64,000 nucleotides of DNA from the IMG/VR virus record IMGVR_UViG_2770939519_000001, positions 13,635 through 77,634 of that record. One strand, written 5' to 3'. The notes beneath the pieces are model-generated. The model did not search any database and had not been told where the DNA came from. It saw only the letters and a list, made by a program, of their open reading frames with translations. Source of the stretch: a virus (lineage: Duplodnaviria > Caudoviricetes). The translations under genes were made by a program, and so were the position numbers. Each line of letters begins with the position of its first letter. The stretch's first letter is position 1. Of the stretch, positions 30,173-41,600 are shown piece after piece.

Positions 30173-30568
30173 ATGAGCAATATCGCAACCCGCGTCACCG
30201 GCACCTACAGCGGTGATTCGCGGGCATTCGTCTACGCCGACGTCTCCGGCCAGCCCGGGCGCGCGTCGGTGACGCTGGATATGAGCAAGTTCACCGCGGC
30301 CCAGCTGGCCGCCGGCTCGCTGCCCTCGGGCATCGTGCTGGGCAAGATCGACGCCACCGGCCTGTACGGGCCCTACGATCCCGCCGCGACCGACGGCCGC
30401 AAGGTTCCGGCCGGATTCCTGTGGAATGCGTTCACCCCCACGGGAACTCAGGAGGCCGCGCCGCTGTGGTTCGGCCCGGGTGCGATCAAGGAGAGCAAGC
30501 TGCCGACCGGCTCGGGCCTGGATGCGGGGGCGAAGACCGCGCTCGGCGCCTGGTTCAAGTTCTTCTGA
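30173..30568 (+). CDS. Head decoration protein
   Basis: PSGIVLGKIDATGLYGPYDPAATDG, lambda gpD-like. Confidence 0.85.
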   Translation: MSNIATRVTGTYSGDSRAFVYADVSGQPGRASVTLDMSKFTAAQLAAGSLPSGIVLGKIDATGLYGPYDPAATDGRKVPAGFLWNAFTPTGTQEAAPLWFGPGAIKESKLPTGSGLDAGAKTALGAWFKFF

Positions 30569-30621
30569 ACCGAATCCGCTTCTCCCACCATCGAATTGAC
30601 AACTGAATACAGAGGCCACGA

Positions 30622-31656
30622 ATGACTCTAGTCTTCGACGCCCCGGTCCATCCGGACTCGGCGACCGTCTTTGCCCGTGAAGTGCCGCTGCCCGCCGACC
30701 ACAAGCTGGTCAACTTCCTGCCCGATGTGCTCGTGCAGGAACAGACCGTCCGGCTGGTCAACGCCACCCGCGTCAACCGCACCGCGTCGTTCCGCTCCTT
30801 CGACGGCAATATCCCGCAGCTCGAGCGCGATTACGTCGATACCCGCGAGGTGGACCTGCTGCCCATCAGCGTGCAGGGCATGAAGGGCGAACTCGAGCGG
30901 TTGCAGCTCGAACGCGCCCGGCAGAAGGGCGGTTCGCTGGCGGCGATCACCACCGCCATCTACGACGACATCACCCTGGCGGTCCGCGCGATCCGCAACC
31001 GCATCGAGGTGGCCCGCGGGGAGCTGCTGCACTCGGGCAAGATCCAGCTCAATGGCGAGAACGGCCTGTATTTGAACGCCGATTTCGGTGTTCCCGCAGA
31101 CCATTTCGTCACCGCGGCCAAGCCGTGGTCGGATCCGGCCGCGACCATCGTGTCGGATCTGGCGGCCTGGGTCGACAAGTACACCCAGGACACCGGTTAC
31201 GCGCCGGGCGGCATGATCATCAGCCGCAAGACCGCGTCGCTGCTGCAGCGCAACGCCGAATTCCGCACCTACGCGGCCAGTCTTGCGGGCACCCCGCAGC
31301 TGGTGTCGCGCAGCATGGTGAACAACATCCTCGACGACTTCAACCTCCCGGCCATCGCCGAGGTCTACGACACGGTCATCCGCGTCGACGGGGTCGACAA
31401 GCGCGTGATCCCCGAGGGCAAGGTCATCTTCGTGCCCCCGACCAACACGCTCGGCTCGGTGAAGTGGGGTATCACCGCCACCGCGCTCGAGCTGGTCAAT
31501 GCCGCGCAGTCGGATATGAGCTTCGCCGACGCGCCGGGCCTGACGGGGGTGGTGGTCAAGAGCGGCCCGCCGTTCAAGGAGACCACCGTGGTCGACGCGC
31601 TGTGCCTGCCGGTCCTCGAGGACCCCAAGGCGCTGTTCGTCGCCACCATCGGCTGA
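30622..31656 (+). CDS. Major capsid protein (lambda gpE-like family)
   Basis: 344 aa after decoration protein; RNRIEVARGELLHSGKI, IPEGKVIFVP. Confidence 0.9.
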   Translation: MTLVFDAPVHPDSATVFAREVPLPADHKLVNFLPDVLVQEQTVRLVNATRVNRTASFRSFDGNIPQLERDYVDTREVDLLPISVQGMKGELERLQLERARQKGGSLAAITTAIYDDITLAVRAIRNRIEVARGELLHSGKIQLNGENGLYLNADFGVPADHFVTAAKPWSDPAATIVSDLAAWVDKYTQDTGYAPGGMIISRKTASLLQRNAEFRTYAASLAGTPQLVSRSMVNNILDDFNLPAIAEVYDTVIRVDGVDKRVIPEGKVIFVPPTNTLGSVKWGITATALELVNAAQSDMSFADAPGLTGVVVKSGPPFKETTVVDALCLPVLEDPKALFVATIG

Positions 31657-31667
31657 TCGGCAGCGCA

Positions 31668-31877
31668 GTGGCACAACTGATTTCGTATGTCTGCGTGCGC
31701 GACGCGGACGGCGCGGACCAATGGTTCGGGCCCGGCGACGCGGTGCCGGAGTGGGCGGTCGCGCAGATCGCCAACCCCGCCGCCTGGGATGGCGCTGTGG
31801 CATCCGCTGCCGCAGAACAGGAAGCGGGTTCCGGGCCGAAACGTCGTCCCCGCAAAGCCGCCACCGAGGGGGCCTAG
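31668..31877 (+). CDS. Small head-associated protein
   Basis: WFGPGDAVPEWA...I.NP motif seen after capsid genes. Confidence 0.6.
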   Translation: MAQLISYVCVRDADGADQWFGPGDAVPEWAVAQIANPAAWDGAVASAAAEQEAGSGPKRRPRKAATEGA

Positions 31878-31880
31878 CCG

Positions 31881-32264
31881 GTGGGTGTGTTCGCCACGCG
31901 TGCGGATCTGCTCGCCTCCTACGAAGGTGAGCTGACCGAACGCCAGATCGTCTGGGCGGAAACCAAGATCGTCGAGGCCGAGGCGCTGCTGATGACGCAG
32001 GTACCGCGGCTGGCCGTCGATCCGGCGACCCTGCCCGCGCTGGTGAAGGCCAACGCCACCCGCGCGGTCTGCGCGGCCGTGCTGCGCGTGGTGCGCAACC
32101 CCGCCGGTGTCGCCTACCAGGCCGCCGGCGGGTACACCACGCGACTGTCCGACAAGGCGTCGACCGGCGAATTGTTCTTCACCCCAGAGGAACTCGCGCC
32201 GCTGCGCAAACGCCGCCGCCGCTACGGAGTCGTAGGAATCGCGCCGGTGCGGTGGTCGGCATGA
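31881..32264 (+). CDS. Head-to-tail adaptor
   Basis: VLRVVRNPAG...GELFFTPEE. Confidence 0.8.
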   Translation: MGVFATRADLLASYEGELTERQIVWAETKIVEAEALLMTQVPRLAVDPATLPALVKANATRAVCAAVLRVVRNPAGVAYQAAGGYTTRLSDKASTGELFFTPEELAPLRKRRRRYGVVGIAPVRWSA

Positions 32265-32611
32265 TGCTGCCCACTCCACACGGCGAGACCGTGACCGTGT
32301 GGCGGCGTCCGGCCCGCGACCGGTTCGGCGACACCTCCTACGTCGAGCACCACGAAATCCGCTGTGCCGTCATTGATTTCGGCGACCAGGACGAACCCAA
32401 CGCCAACGGCGTCGCGACCTCGAACCGGGAAATGGCCCGCTACGACGCGACGGCGTACGTGCCCGTCGGATCCGACGTGCTGGCGAACGACCTGATCGAG
32501 CTGGCCGACGGGGAGAAATACCACGTCATCGGGCGGCCGCAGCGGCCCAAGCATCCGGTGACGGGATGGACACCCGGGGTGATCGTCCGGTTGCGGCGGA
32601 TCGAGGGATAG
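32261..32611 (+). CDS. Head-to-tail stopper
   Basis: TVWRRPARDRFGD, YHVIGRP; synteny. Confidence 0.75.
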   Translation: MMLPTPHGETVTVWRRPARDRFGDTSYVEHHEIRCAVIDFGDQDEPNANGVATSNREMARYDATAYVPVGSDVLANDLIELADGEKYHVIGRPQRPKHPVTGWTPGVIVRLRRIEG

Positions 32612-32619
32612 AGGCACCG

Positions 32620-33084
32620 ATGATGTACCGCTTCGGCGCGCTGGTCTGGTACGGCGAGCAGGACCGCGCCCCCTCGGGCGCTCCGACCAACCCCGCGCTG
32701 GCCACGGTCGCCAGTAGTCCGCACATGGCCGCGGGCCTGTACGGCATCGCGCGCGAGGCCAGAGCGCTGTGGGCCGCTCGCGTCCCGCACCGGACCGGGA
32801 ACCTGGCCAGCTCCACCAGCATCTACCCCGAACCGCTGAAAACCGTCGGTTCCGACGGCCGCCGCATCGCGGTCTCGTTCGACGCCCGCGCCGACTACGC
32901 CGCGGCGGTCGAATTCGGTCGCAAAAACCTTGCCACCCACGGCAATCGACGCCCGCCGGTGCGGACCCGTGTCAAACCCGGCCAGTTCCCGCCCCGCGTG
33001 GGCGGCCGCCACGTCCTCGGCGGCGACAACCGGCGGCTGCGATCGGTGGTCACCGATATCGAGCGCCTGTACGGCGGTCGATGA
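32620..33084 (+). CDS. Neck protein (HK97 gp10-like)
   Basis: VPHRTGNLASS, YAAAVEFG. Confidence 0.7.
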   Translation: MMYRFGALVWYGEQDRAPSGAPTNPALATVASSPHMAAGLYGIAREARALWAARVPHRTGNLASSTSIYPEPLKTVGSDGRRIAVSFDARADYAAAVEFGRKNLATHGNRRPPVRTRVKPGQFPPRVGGRHVLGGDNRRLRSVVTDIERLYGGR

Positions 33085-33464
33085 TGGCCACCTTCCCCGA
33101 CGCCGAAATCGTCCTGCTGGCCCTGCTCGACGACCTGGGCTGGACGTGCACCGCGCTGCCCGACCCCGCCGAATGGCCCACACTCATGCCGATCATCGCC
33201 GTGAACCGCATCGGCGGCGGCTGCCGCGACGGCATCACCGATCGCGCGCTGATGTCGGTGGTCGTCGTCGCCGACACCCGCGCCAAGGCCTGGGCCAGCG
33301 CGCACAGGGTCCGCGAACGCATCCTGTCCGCCGGGGCGACCAAGGCCGGTGGCGTGCTGATCGACTACACCGACGAGGAAGTCGGCAACACCCAGGAACC
33401 GGACCTGAACAGCGACAACAGATTCGTCGAATCCACCTATTGGATCAGCTTCCGCGCCCGGTAG
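33081..33464 (+). CDS. Tail terminator
   Basis: FPDAEIVL...VNRIGGG; synteny. Confidence 0.75.
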   Translation: MMATFPDAEIVLLALLDDLGWTCTALPDPAEWPTLMPIIAVNRIGGGCRDGITDRALMSVVVVADTRAKAWASAHRVRERILSAGATKAGGVLIDYTDEEVGNTQEPDLNSDNRFVESTYWISFRAR

Positions 33465-33470
33465 AGACCC

Positions 33471-33836
33471 GTGATCACACAACTTCATACCTGCACCGGC
33501 TGCCGGAAAGCCCGGCCCGCCAACGAGTTCCACCGTAATGCGAGCAAACGCGACGGTATCGAACGGCGCTGCCGCGACTGCGCCGCCGATCGTAAACTTC
33601 AGGGCCGCTACGGCATAACGCGCGACGGCTATCGGCGACTGTTCGCCGATCAGGGCGGCGTGTGCGCGATCTGCGCCGAACCCGCCGAGGACGTGCCGCT
33701 GGTCGTCGACCACCAGCACGGCAGCGGTCAGGTGCGCGGACTGCTGTGCCACGGCTGCAATACCGGCATCGGACTGCTCAAAGACAATCCGGCGACGCTG
33801 TTGCGCGCCGCCGCCTACCTCGGAATACACAACTGA
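33471..33836 (+). CDS. Endonuclease VII-domain protein (homing-endonuclease-like)
   Basis: CTGC...CRDC; QGGVCAIC...VVDHQH...VRGLLCHGCNTGIG. Confidence 0.9.
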   Translation: MITQLHTCTGCRKARPANEFHRNASKRDGIERRCRDCAADRKLQGRYGITRDGYRRLFADQGGVCAICAEPAEDVPLVVDHQHGSGQVRGLLCHGCNTGIGLLKDNPATLLRAAAYLGIHN

Positions 33837-33851
33837 AAAGGGAGTCACCCC

Positions 33852-34514
33852 ATGGTGGATACCGCCGCCCTGCGCAATCTTCAGCAGAGCCTGATCCGCA
33901 AGCCCCTCGCCGGCGCTGTCCTGCTGGCCCCGCTGTCGACGAATCTGCCCGCCGCGTTCACCGCCGGTGAGACCGCCGATCTGATCGACCTCAAGACCAC
34001 CGGCTTCACCTCGCTGGGCCACGTCGCCAAGGACGGCGCTCCGGCGTTCACGCCCGAGACCGAGACCTCCGAGGTGGAGAGCTGGGGGCTACTGGAATCC
34101 GCGCGCACCGATATCACCAAGCGCAACACCAAGATCACCTGGACCGGGCAGGAAACCCACAAGGCGAATCTGGAGCTGTACCACAACCGGGACCTGTCGA
34201 CGGTCACCTACGACAAGGTCACCGGCGAGACCTCCTTCGCCGACCCGACCGAACCGTCGCTCATGTACCACCGCGCGCTGTTCGTCGGCATCGACGGCGC
34301 GGGCGCGGACACCATCTACGTGATCAAGGTCGTGCCGAAGCTGACCATCGTCGAGGTCGCCGAACAGTCCTGGAAGCAGGACGAGGCGCTGTCCTACCAG
34401 TTCACCGCCCGCGCGAAGCTGGACGACAAGCTGGGTTACGCGATCAAGACCGTCTTCGGCGGCCCGGGCTGGAAGAAGATCGCCGCGGCCGCGGGCTTCT
34501 CCGCCTCGGTCTGA
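33852..34514 (+). CDS. Major tail protein
   Basis: SEVESWG...RTDIT actinophage major tail pattern; synteny. Confidence 0.85.
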   Translation: MVDTAALRNLQQSLIRKPLAGAVLLAPLSTNLPAAFTAGETADLIDLKTTGFTSLGHVAKDGAPAFTPETETSEVESWGLLESARTDITKRNTKITWTGQETHKANLELYHNRDLSTVTYDKVTGETSFADPTEPSLMYHRALFVGIDGAGADTIYVIKVVPKLTIVEVAEQSWKQDEALSYQFTARAKLDDKLGYAIKTVFGGPGWKKIAAAAGFSASV

Positions 34515-34540
34515 CCCAACCCGCCGAAAGGTTTTCGCAT

Positions 34541-34732
34541 ATGTCCGCCACCATCATGATCTCGCCCGACAACGTCGAGGTCACCGCGCACAGCGCCGCC
34601 GAGATCAATAATCTGGCGTGCTCGGGCTATGTCCGCAAGAGTGGTACCAGCGCGGTCGCCCAGCCCGTCGAGGCCGACACCGAATCCGGTGACCGCAAGC
34701 CCAAGCCCGTCCTCCGCCCTGCCGGAAAGTAA
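34541..34732 (+). CDS. Small conserved tail-region protein
   Basis: GAAAGG RBS; AEINNLACSGY. Confidence 0.6.
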   Translation: MSATIMISPDNVEVTAHSAAEINNLACSGYVRKSGTSAVAQPVEADTESGDRKPKPVLRPAGK

Positions 34733-34769
34733 CGGGCGCAACACAACTCAATACCGGGAGTCGAGCACC

Positions 34770-35165
34770 ATGGCCGCTGCGGCGAAAAGCACGCAGAAGA
34801 AGACCGTCGAATCCAAATGGGCGCGTCTGGTCCGCGAAGCGAAAAAGGACCTCAACCCGCCCAAGCCCTATGAATTCGACGCCTACGAGCCGCCGGTGCT
34901 CATCTCCCCGCCCGTCGGCATCGAACGCACCCTCATGCTGGCCCGCCTCGCCGACTCCGCGGGCATGGTCTCCGGCGAGGACCTGCCCGACATGATCGAG
35001 GCCCTGGTCGGCGAGGACGCCTTTCCCAAGGTGTGGGCCGTGCTGCGCGACGAGCCGATCGAGGTCACCCTGGCGCTGATCGACGACCTCAACCGCCACT
35101 TCAACGGTGGCGCCGACGCGGGCGCAGAGGAACTGCCGGGGGGCGAGTCGGCCTCGCAGTCCTGA
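34770..35165 (+). CDS. Tail assembly chaperone (G form)
   Basis: Between major tail and tape measure genes. Confidence 0.8.
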   Translation: MAAAAKSTQKKTVESKWARLVREAKKDLNPPKPYEFDAYEPPVLISPPVGIERTLMLARLADSAGMVSGEDLPDMIEALVGEDAFPKVWAVLRDEPIEVTLALIDDLNRHFNGGADAGAEELPGGESASQS

Positions 35166-35626
35166 TCGAACGGCACTGCGAGGCCATCGAGTGGGATCTG
35201 CACGCCTACTGGGGCGTGGACCTACTCGATTTCTTCCGCGGCAGCCTGCCGTGGACCAAACTCTGGCGGTTCCTCGCCCAGGTCCCCGACGGCTCGCGCT
35301 ACCGCGCCTCCCAGGCCATGGACCTCGACCTCGCCGAACACATCCTCGAAGTCGAGGATGAAACCGGCGGCGTGGCAGCGCAATCCGCCGACGAGGGCCC
35401 GATACTGCGGTCCTCGGCGGGCTACGACCTCAACGTCCAGGTGCTGATGACCATCGCGGACCTGATCCAGCAGCTCAACGCCACGCTGATCGCGGTCAAC
35501 CTGCCGCCGGACAAGTCCCCGCCCAAGATCCATCCCCTGCCGCGGCCGGTATCCGCGGTCGAGGTCGTGCGCGCCCGACGTGAGCGCGCCGACCTCGCCA
35601 CTCAACTCGAGGTTTTCGGCATCTGA
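35138..35626 (+). CDS. Tail assembly chaperone GT extension via -1 frameshift
   Basis: G GGG GGC heptamer at 35138-35144; the -1 frame continues (EWDLHAYWGVDL...LWRFLAQVP) with no separate RBS. Confidence 0.75.
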   Translation, partial: GGRVGLAVLIERHCEAIEWDLHAYWGVDLLDFFRGSLPWTKLWRFLAQVPDGSRYRASQAMDLDLAEHILEVEDETGGVAAQSADEGPILRSSAGYDLNVQVLMTIADLIQQLNATLIAVNLPPDKSPPKIHPLPRPVSAVEVVRARRERADLATQLEVFGI

Positions 35627-35664
35627 ACCGTTCCGCCTGACCTTCCGACCCAAAGGTTCGACAC

Positions 35665-38600
35665 ATGTCCTATATCGCTGGCCATATCAAGATCACCGTC
35701 AGCCCGGACATGAGCGGTTTCACCGAAGCCGTCGAGCGGGAATTCCGCAAAACCAGAAGCGATTCCGCCGCCGACAACGCCCGCGACGACAAAGCCGCCG
35801 TAGAACGCGGCCGGGCGCGCGGTAAAGCCGAAGGCGTCGCGCACGGCAAGGCATTCCAGGACGCCTCCGACCAACACACCCGCCCCGGCCGCGGCCGCGG
35901 AATGAACGAGCGGCTCGCCGACTACGAAAAAGAACTGCGCGAGCGCCGCAAGATCCGCCGCAAGATCGAAGACGACGACGAGCCCGTCCGGCAGCGCTCC
36001 CGCGCCGCCAAAAAAGACGCCGACTGGCTCGACGACGAAATCCGCAAGGAAGAGTCCGCGCGGCTGCGGCGCAATCGCACTCGCCAGGCCCGGCAGGAAC
36101 GCGAGGCCGAGAACGACGCCAAACGCGCCGCCCAGCATGCCGAAAAACTCGCCCGCAACAGTGATCTCACCGCGCGCACCGCCCGCGAACGGCAACAGAT
36201 CGCCGACGCACTCAACCCCGCGGGCCGAAACGCCCGAGGACGTCTGCGCGGATACACGCGGCACGTCCAGGAACAGATCCTCTCCGCGGGGCAGCTCACC
36301 CAATTCAGCAACAAACAGGCCGACGCCTGGCGCAAGGCCGCGGCCGCCCAGGACCGTGCGTCGGCCGACTACGCCAAAGCCGTGCAGGCCTCACGAAAAG
36401 CCGATCGCGATGTCGACAACGCCATCGACGACCTGGCCCAGCAGCGCGCCACCAATGCGTCGAGGCGGCAGGTCGGTCGGGCCGAGAATCGGCTCGACAA
36501 TGCGCTGGACAATCAGCGGCTTGCCAATGACCGCAAGGCTGTTGCAAAGGATGCGGTCACTCGGGCTCGGGCGGAGGCCGATCGGGCGGGGAGTGAGTTC
36601 CGGTCCGCGCACGCACTGTCGTCCTACGATCAGACGCGACTCGACGCGATCGTCAGAAATGTCACCGCGCAGGCCCGCCAACGCCGCGACTTCAACTCCG
36701 GCACAGCCGATTCCGATTCCAATGTCATCGGCATCGCCAACCGCAACGCCGATCTGCTCAAACGCCGAGGCGCGAACCGCAACGATCAGAACGCCGCGCA
36801 GACCGCCATTGCCGCTGCCGCCGAACTGGACAGCGCCGAACGCAAGGTGTCCCAAGCGGAGATCGAACGGACCCGCGCGCAGGAACGGCTCACCCGTGCC
36901 GCGGTCGCCAAACACCAGGCCGACGCGCAGTCGATCACCGACGCCACCCGCCTGGCCGCGATCAACAACGAACTCACCAACGCCATGCGCGCCCGCGATA
37001 TCGCCGAGGCGCGCGTCTCCACGACGAAGCACTACCGCGACGTCGCGGCCACCCGATACCAGGGCGCCGACAGATCGCTGCGAGATCGCGAAAACGTCAG
37101 CCCCGTACTCCGGGCAATGGAACGCGTCGGCTCCGGACTCGAAAGCCGTTGGGGCGCACTCAACGACAAGCTGATCTACATGGGCCGCTACCTGTCCTCG
37201 GTCGGGCAGATCGCGATGTCCTCCGCGGCCGCGCTGGCTGCCTTCGGCGCGGTCAACCTGCTGCCGCTGATCTCGTCACTGGGCCAGGCCCTCGCTGCGC
37301 TGTCCTCGCTCCCCGCGGTGATCGTCGCGGCGGGAACCGGTATCGCCGCGATCGCCGTTGGCGGGCACGGCCTGTTCTCCACACTCAAAGCCGCGGGCCA
37401 GGCCAGCAAATCAGCGACCGCCGACGCCGAGTCCGCCGCCGAGAAGCAGACCGACGCCGACCGCCGAGTTCGGGAGTCCGGCGAGAACCTTGCCACCGCG
37501 CGCCGCGACGCCGCGCGCACGGCCGCCAGTGGCGTCAGACAGATCGTCGATGCCGAGAAATCCGTCCAGAGCGCCCAGCGCACCAGCGAGGACGCGCAGA
37601 AATCACTGACTCGCGCCCGCAAGGACGCCGCGGAGAAGATCAAAGACCTCAACGACGCCCTCAAAGGCAACGCGCTGTCCGAACGCGGCGCGAAACTGTC
37701 GGCGCTGCGTGCCGAGAAGAACCTGTGGAAAGTCTCGGCGGATCCGGATTCCGACTGGCTCGACATCGCCGAGGCCGTCCAGGCCCGCGATGAAGCGAAC
37801 TACAACGTCGAACAGGTCCAGGCGGCCAATCAGAAGAAACTCGAAGCCGCCACCGAGGCCAATGCCAAAGGCGTGGAAGGCGACGACCAGGTCGTCGAGG
37901 CCAAACAGGCTCTGATCGACGCCAATTCACGCCTGGCCGAAGCGCAGGAGCGAGTCGGCGAAGTCGTACAGCAGGTCGCCGACGCCAACGACGACGCCAA
38001 CCGGCGCGCCGAACGAGCGGTCGAGTCCTATAACGACGCCCTGCGCGAACAGCAGAAGGTGCTGGACACACTCGGAAAATCCGGGGCCGCCAAGACCTTC
38101 GCCGAGGAATACCGGAAGCTCTCACCCCACGCCCGCGACCTGGTGGACCAGGTGCGATCGCTGGGACCGGAGTGGACCAAACTGCGCACCACCGCCCAGG
38201 ACGCGCTGACCCGTGGACTCGGCCAGGCATTCACCGACGTCGCCACCAAACAGCTGCCGCTGATGCGCATCGGATTCGCGGCGATCAACAACGAAATCAA
38301 CGCGGGCCTCAAACAGAGCCTCGCCGTCTTCGGCAGTAATAAAGCCCAGCTGGACTATTCGGCATTCCTGGGCAACACCACCTCCGGATTCCGGAACCTG
38401 ATGCAGGCCGCCGCGCCCCTCTCCCGAATCTTCATCGACCTGTCCACCGCGGGTTCCGCTGTCCTGCCGCGACTGGGCCAAGCCCTGTCCGACAGCGCAT
38501 CACGCTGGGCCGACCGTATCGCTGGAGCCCGCGAAACCGGTGAACTGAATGCCGCCATCGACCGCGGCATCGAGAAGATGAAGCAGTTCGGTCACGTCAT

Positions 38601-41600
38601 CGGCAATACCTTCGGCGGCCTGCGCGGCTTCTTCCAAGCCCTGCGCGGCGAAGGCGACGGACTGCTCGCCACCCTGGATCACTCCACCGCGCGATTCGAA
38701 GCCTGGACGAAATCCGCCGAGGGCGCGAGCTCGATCCAACGCGTCTTCGCGGCGATCAACGAAAAGGCCGGGCAGGTCTGGTCGATCATCAAGTCGATCG
38801 TCTCCTCGGTTGCCTCGATCGTCGCTCCGGTGGCGGACAACTTCGGATTCACCCTGACCGTCGCCGAGAAATTGGCATCGGCGATCGCCAAGATCGTCGA
38901 TGCCCTCATGTCCTTCGGCCCCACGGCCAAGCTGATCGAGGGCGTACTGACCGTCTTCGCGGCCATGTACACGCTGAGATCTCTGAGCACGGTATTCACA
39001 GGTATCAAGTCCGCCGCGATGACGGCCTACACCGGCATCGGTGTGGCGGCAATCAATGCCCGCCAGAACATGACCGGCTACTTTACGGGAATTCGTGAAG
39101 AGTCCCGCAGCACCTACCAGCTCATGCGGGGACACCAGGCAGACCACGTCGAAGATGCCAGGGGGCGCTACAGCCAGTTGCAATCGCGGGCCGGCGCAGC
39201 CTTCTCCGGTATCCAGACCGCGGCCACCAGCGCTCTCGGCGGCGTTCGCTCGATGACGAGTTCGCTGGTCAGTGCGATGGGCGGCTGGTTCAATGTCGTG
39301 GCGATCGCGGGTGTGCTGGCTTTCACGCAGATCTCCAGTGCCATATCCGGTTTCAACGACAAGGTCGCCGCGGCAAAGAAGGATATGCAGGAGGCGCAGC
39401 AGTTCGACCTGAAGTTCAAGCTCGACCTGAGCAAGGCGCTCAACAATTCGGACGGCCTGGTCGACGAGCAGGTCAAGGGGGTCATGCTCCAGAAGGTCGA
39501 GCAGTATCAGAAGACACTCGACTCCGCGATCTCGAAGAAGACCAGTTTCGCCGACCAATACGGCGAGCAGTGGAAAGACACCGACTGGTGGAATGTCGGT
39601 GAGCACCTGATCAATCTGATCGGTGGCGATATGGCCATCGGCGGTCTACTCGGTGGGACGGGTGGAGCTGCTCCGGATTCCTACAAGCTGGACCAGGCCG
39701 CCGACGCCGCCAAGGCGGTCAAGGATCGGTTGTCGGATCTGAAGATCACCAATGAAGGCCTGACCTCCGCACTGACCGGTTCGAATATCGAATGGGACAG
39801 ATTCAAGGTGCGCCTGCTCGACGGCAGTGAGGGCGGCCGAATCGCGGCCGAGCAGTTGCAGAGGACTCGCGACGAGTTCGTCGAATCGCAGAAGACCGCA
39901 TCGCGGCTGCGTGACACCATCGACGAGTTGAAGTCGAAGAACCTCGAAGCCGCCGATGCGGTCGAGAAACTGACCAGTGTTCTTGCGCGCCAACGCAAGA
40001 ACAATATGACCCAGGACGACGCGAAGTCCCAGGCCTTCAGCGCGCTGGACGAGCTGAACAACTTCAAGCCGGTCGAGAACGGCGGAACGGTCTTCGAAGG
40101 CGACCAGATCAACCTCCGGAGCGAGAACGGCCGACGATACCGCGCTCTGCTGCTGTCGGTCGCGGGTGGCTACGACCAGTTGGCCTCGGCGTCGTATCAG
40201 GCTTCATTGAGTGTCAACAACAATGAGGGTGCGGCGGCCGTCGCCGCTCAGAACGCTACGCAGGTGATCACCGACTCGGTGCGGGAACGAATCGCCGCGT
40301 ACGTGGGCGAGGGTCAGGCACTGGAGAACCTGATCACTCAATATCAGCTGGGTCCGAACAGCCTCCAGCAGCGCATCGATGCCGCGCGCGGCGGTAATCA
40401 GGCGGTGGCCACCGCGGTCGATCCGACCGTCCCCGCTTCGGTAGCGAACAACCCGACCCTCGCGGCGTTGTTTCCCGCTCTGGTCCCAGGTGTTCCGCAG
40501 AACACCCAGCCGGGCGGCTTGTCCTCACTGTTCCCAAGCCTGCCCGCAACTCAGCCCAATCAAGTCGCGCCACAACCCGCGCCGCAGTCGGCCGTTCAGC
40601 AGCCGAATCCCGCGCCCCAGGTGGTTCCCGTTCAGCTGAAGGTGCCCGACTACAGCGGCAGCCTGCAGGCCTACAACGATTACGTCGCCGCTGTCGAGGC
40701 GGGCTACAACCAGAAGCTGTTGCCCGCTTTCACCGGATCCATCGATAAGGCGAACGCGCTCGGCACCGCGGTCTCGGGTGCCGCCGATACCGCCAAACCC
40801 GCGTTCGAGCTGATCACCGGTTATGTCAACGGTTTGAATATCGTGTTCGGCGACAACCTCGGTGACCAGAACGGTGCGCTGAAAGCGTGGAAGACGCTCT
40901 ACAACACCATGGGTATCGATATCACCGCGATGTCGGACACCATGTTTCCGAAGCTCGTACAGGCGCTGACCGATCTGGGGAACCAGTTCAACACAACCCA
41001 GTCGGGGATCGCGACGAGTTTCGGCGGGATCAAACGCGGCGTCGCCGAACCGATCAACTGGCTGATTCAGAACGTCTTCAACGGCGGTCTGAAAAACGCG
41101 TGGAACGCTGTGCGGCAGGTGATTCCGTCGCTGCCGGAGTGGACGGTCACCGTCGAGCCGATCACCGGTTATTACTCCGGCGGTGTCATCCCCGGCTACA
41201 CCCCGGGGCGTGACACCCAAGTCATCGCGGTCGGCGGCGGCGAGGCCATCCTGCGCCCCGAAGTCGTGCGGGCGATCGGCACCGATTGGGTGCACGGGGT
41301 AAATTCGGCGGCGCGGACCGGCGGCGTGGACAAGGTTCAGCAGCAGTTGGGCGGACGATTCGCGGGTGCCTTCGCCGACGGCGGCATCGTGGATACGATG
41401 AAATCGGCCATCCAGGAACGCTTCCCGGGAATGCAGCTGACCTCCGGCTACCGCAATGAGCCGGGCAGCTATCACTCTACCGGTCAGGCGGGGGATTTCT
41501 CCGACGGCACCGACGACACCCCCGGCATGCAGCGGCTGGCCGCGTGGATCGCGTCGAACTTCCTCGGCTCCACCATGGAGCTGATCCATCAGCCGTTCAA

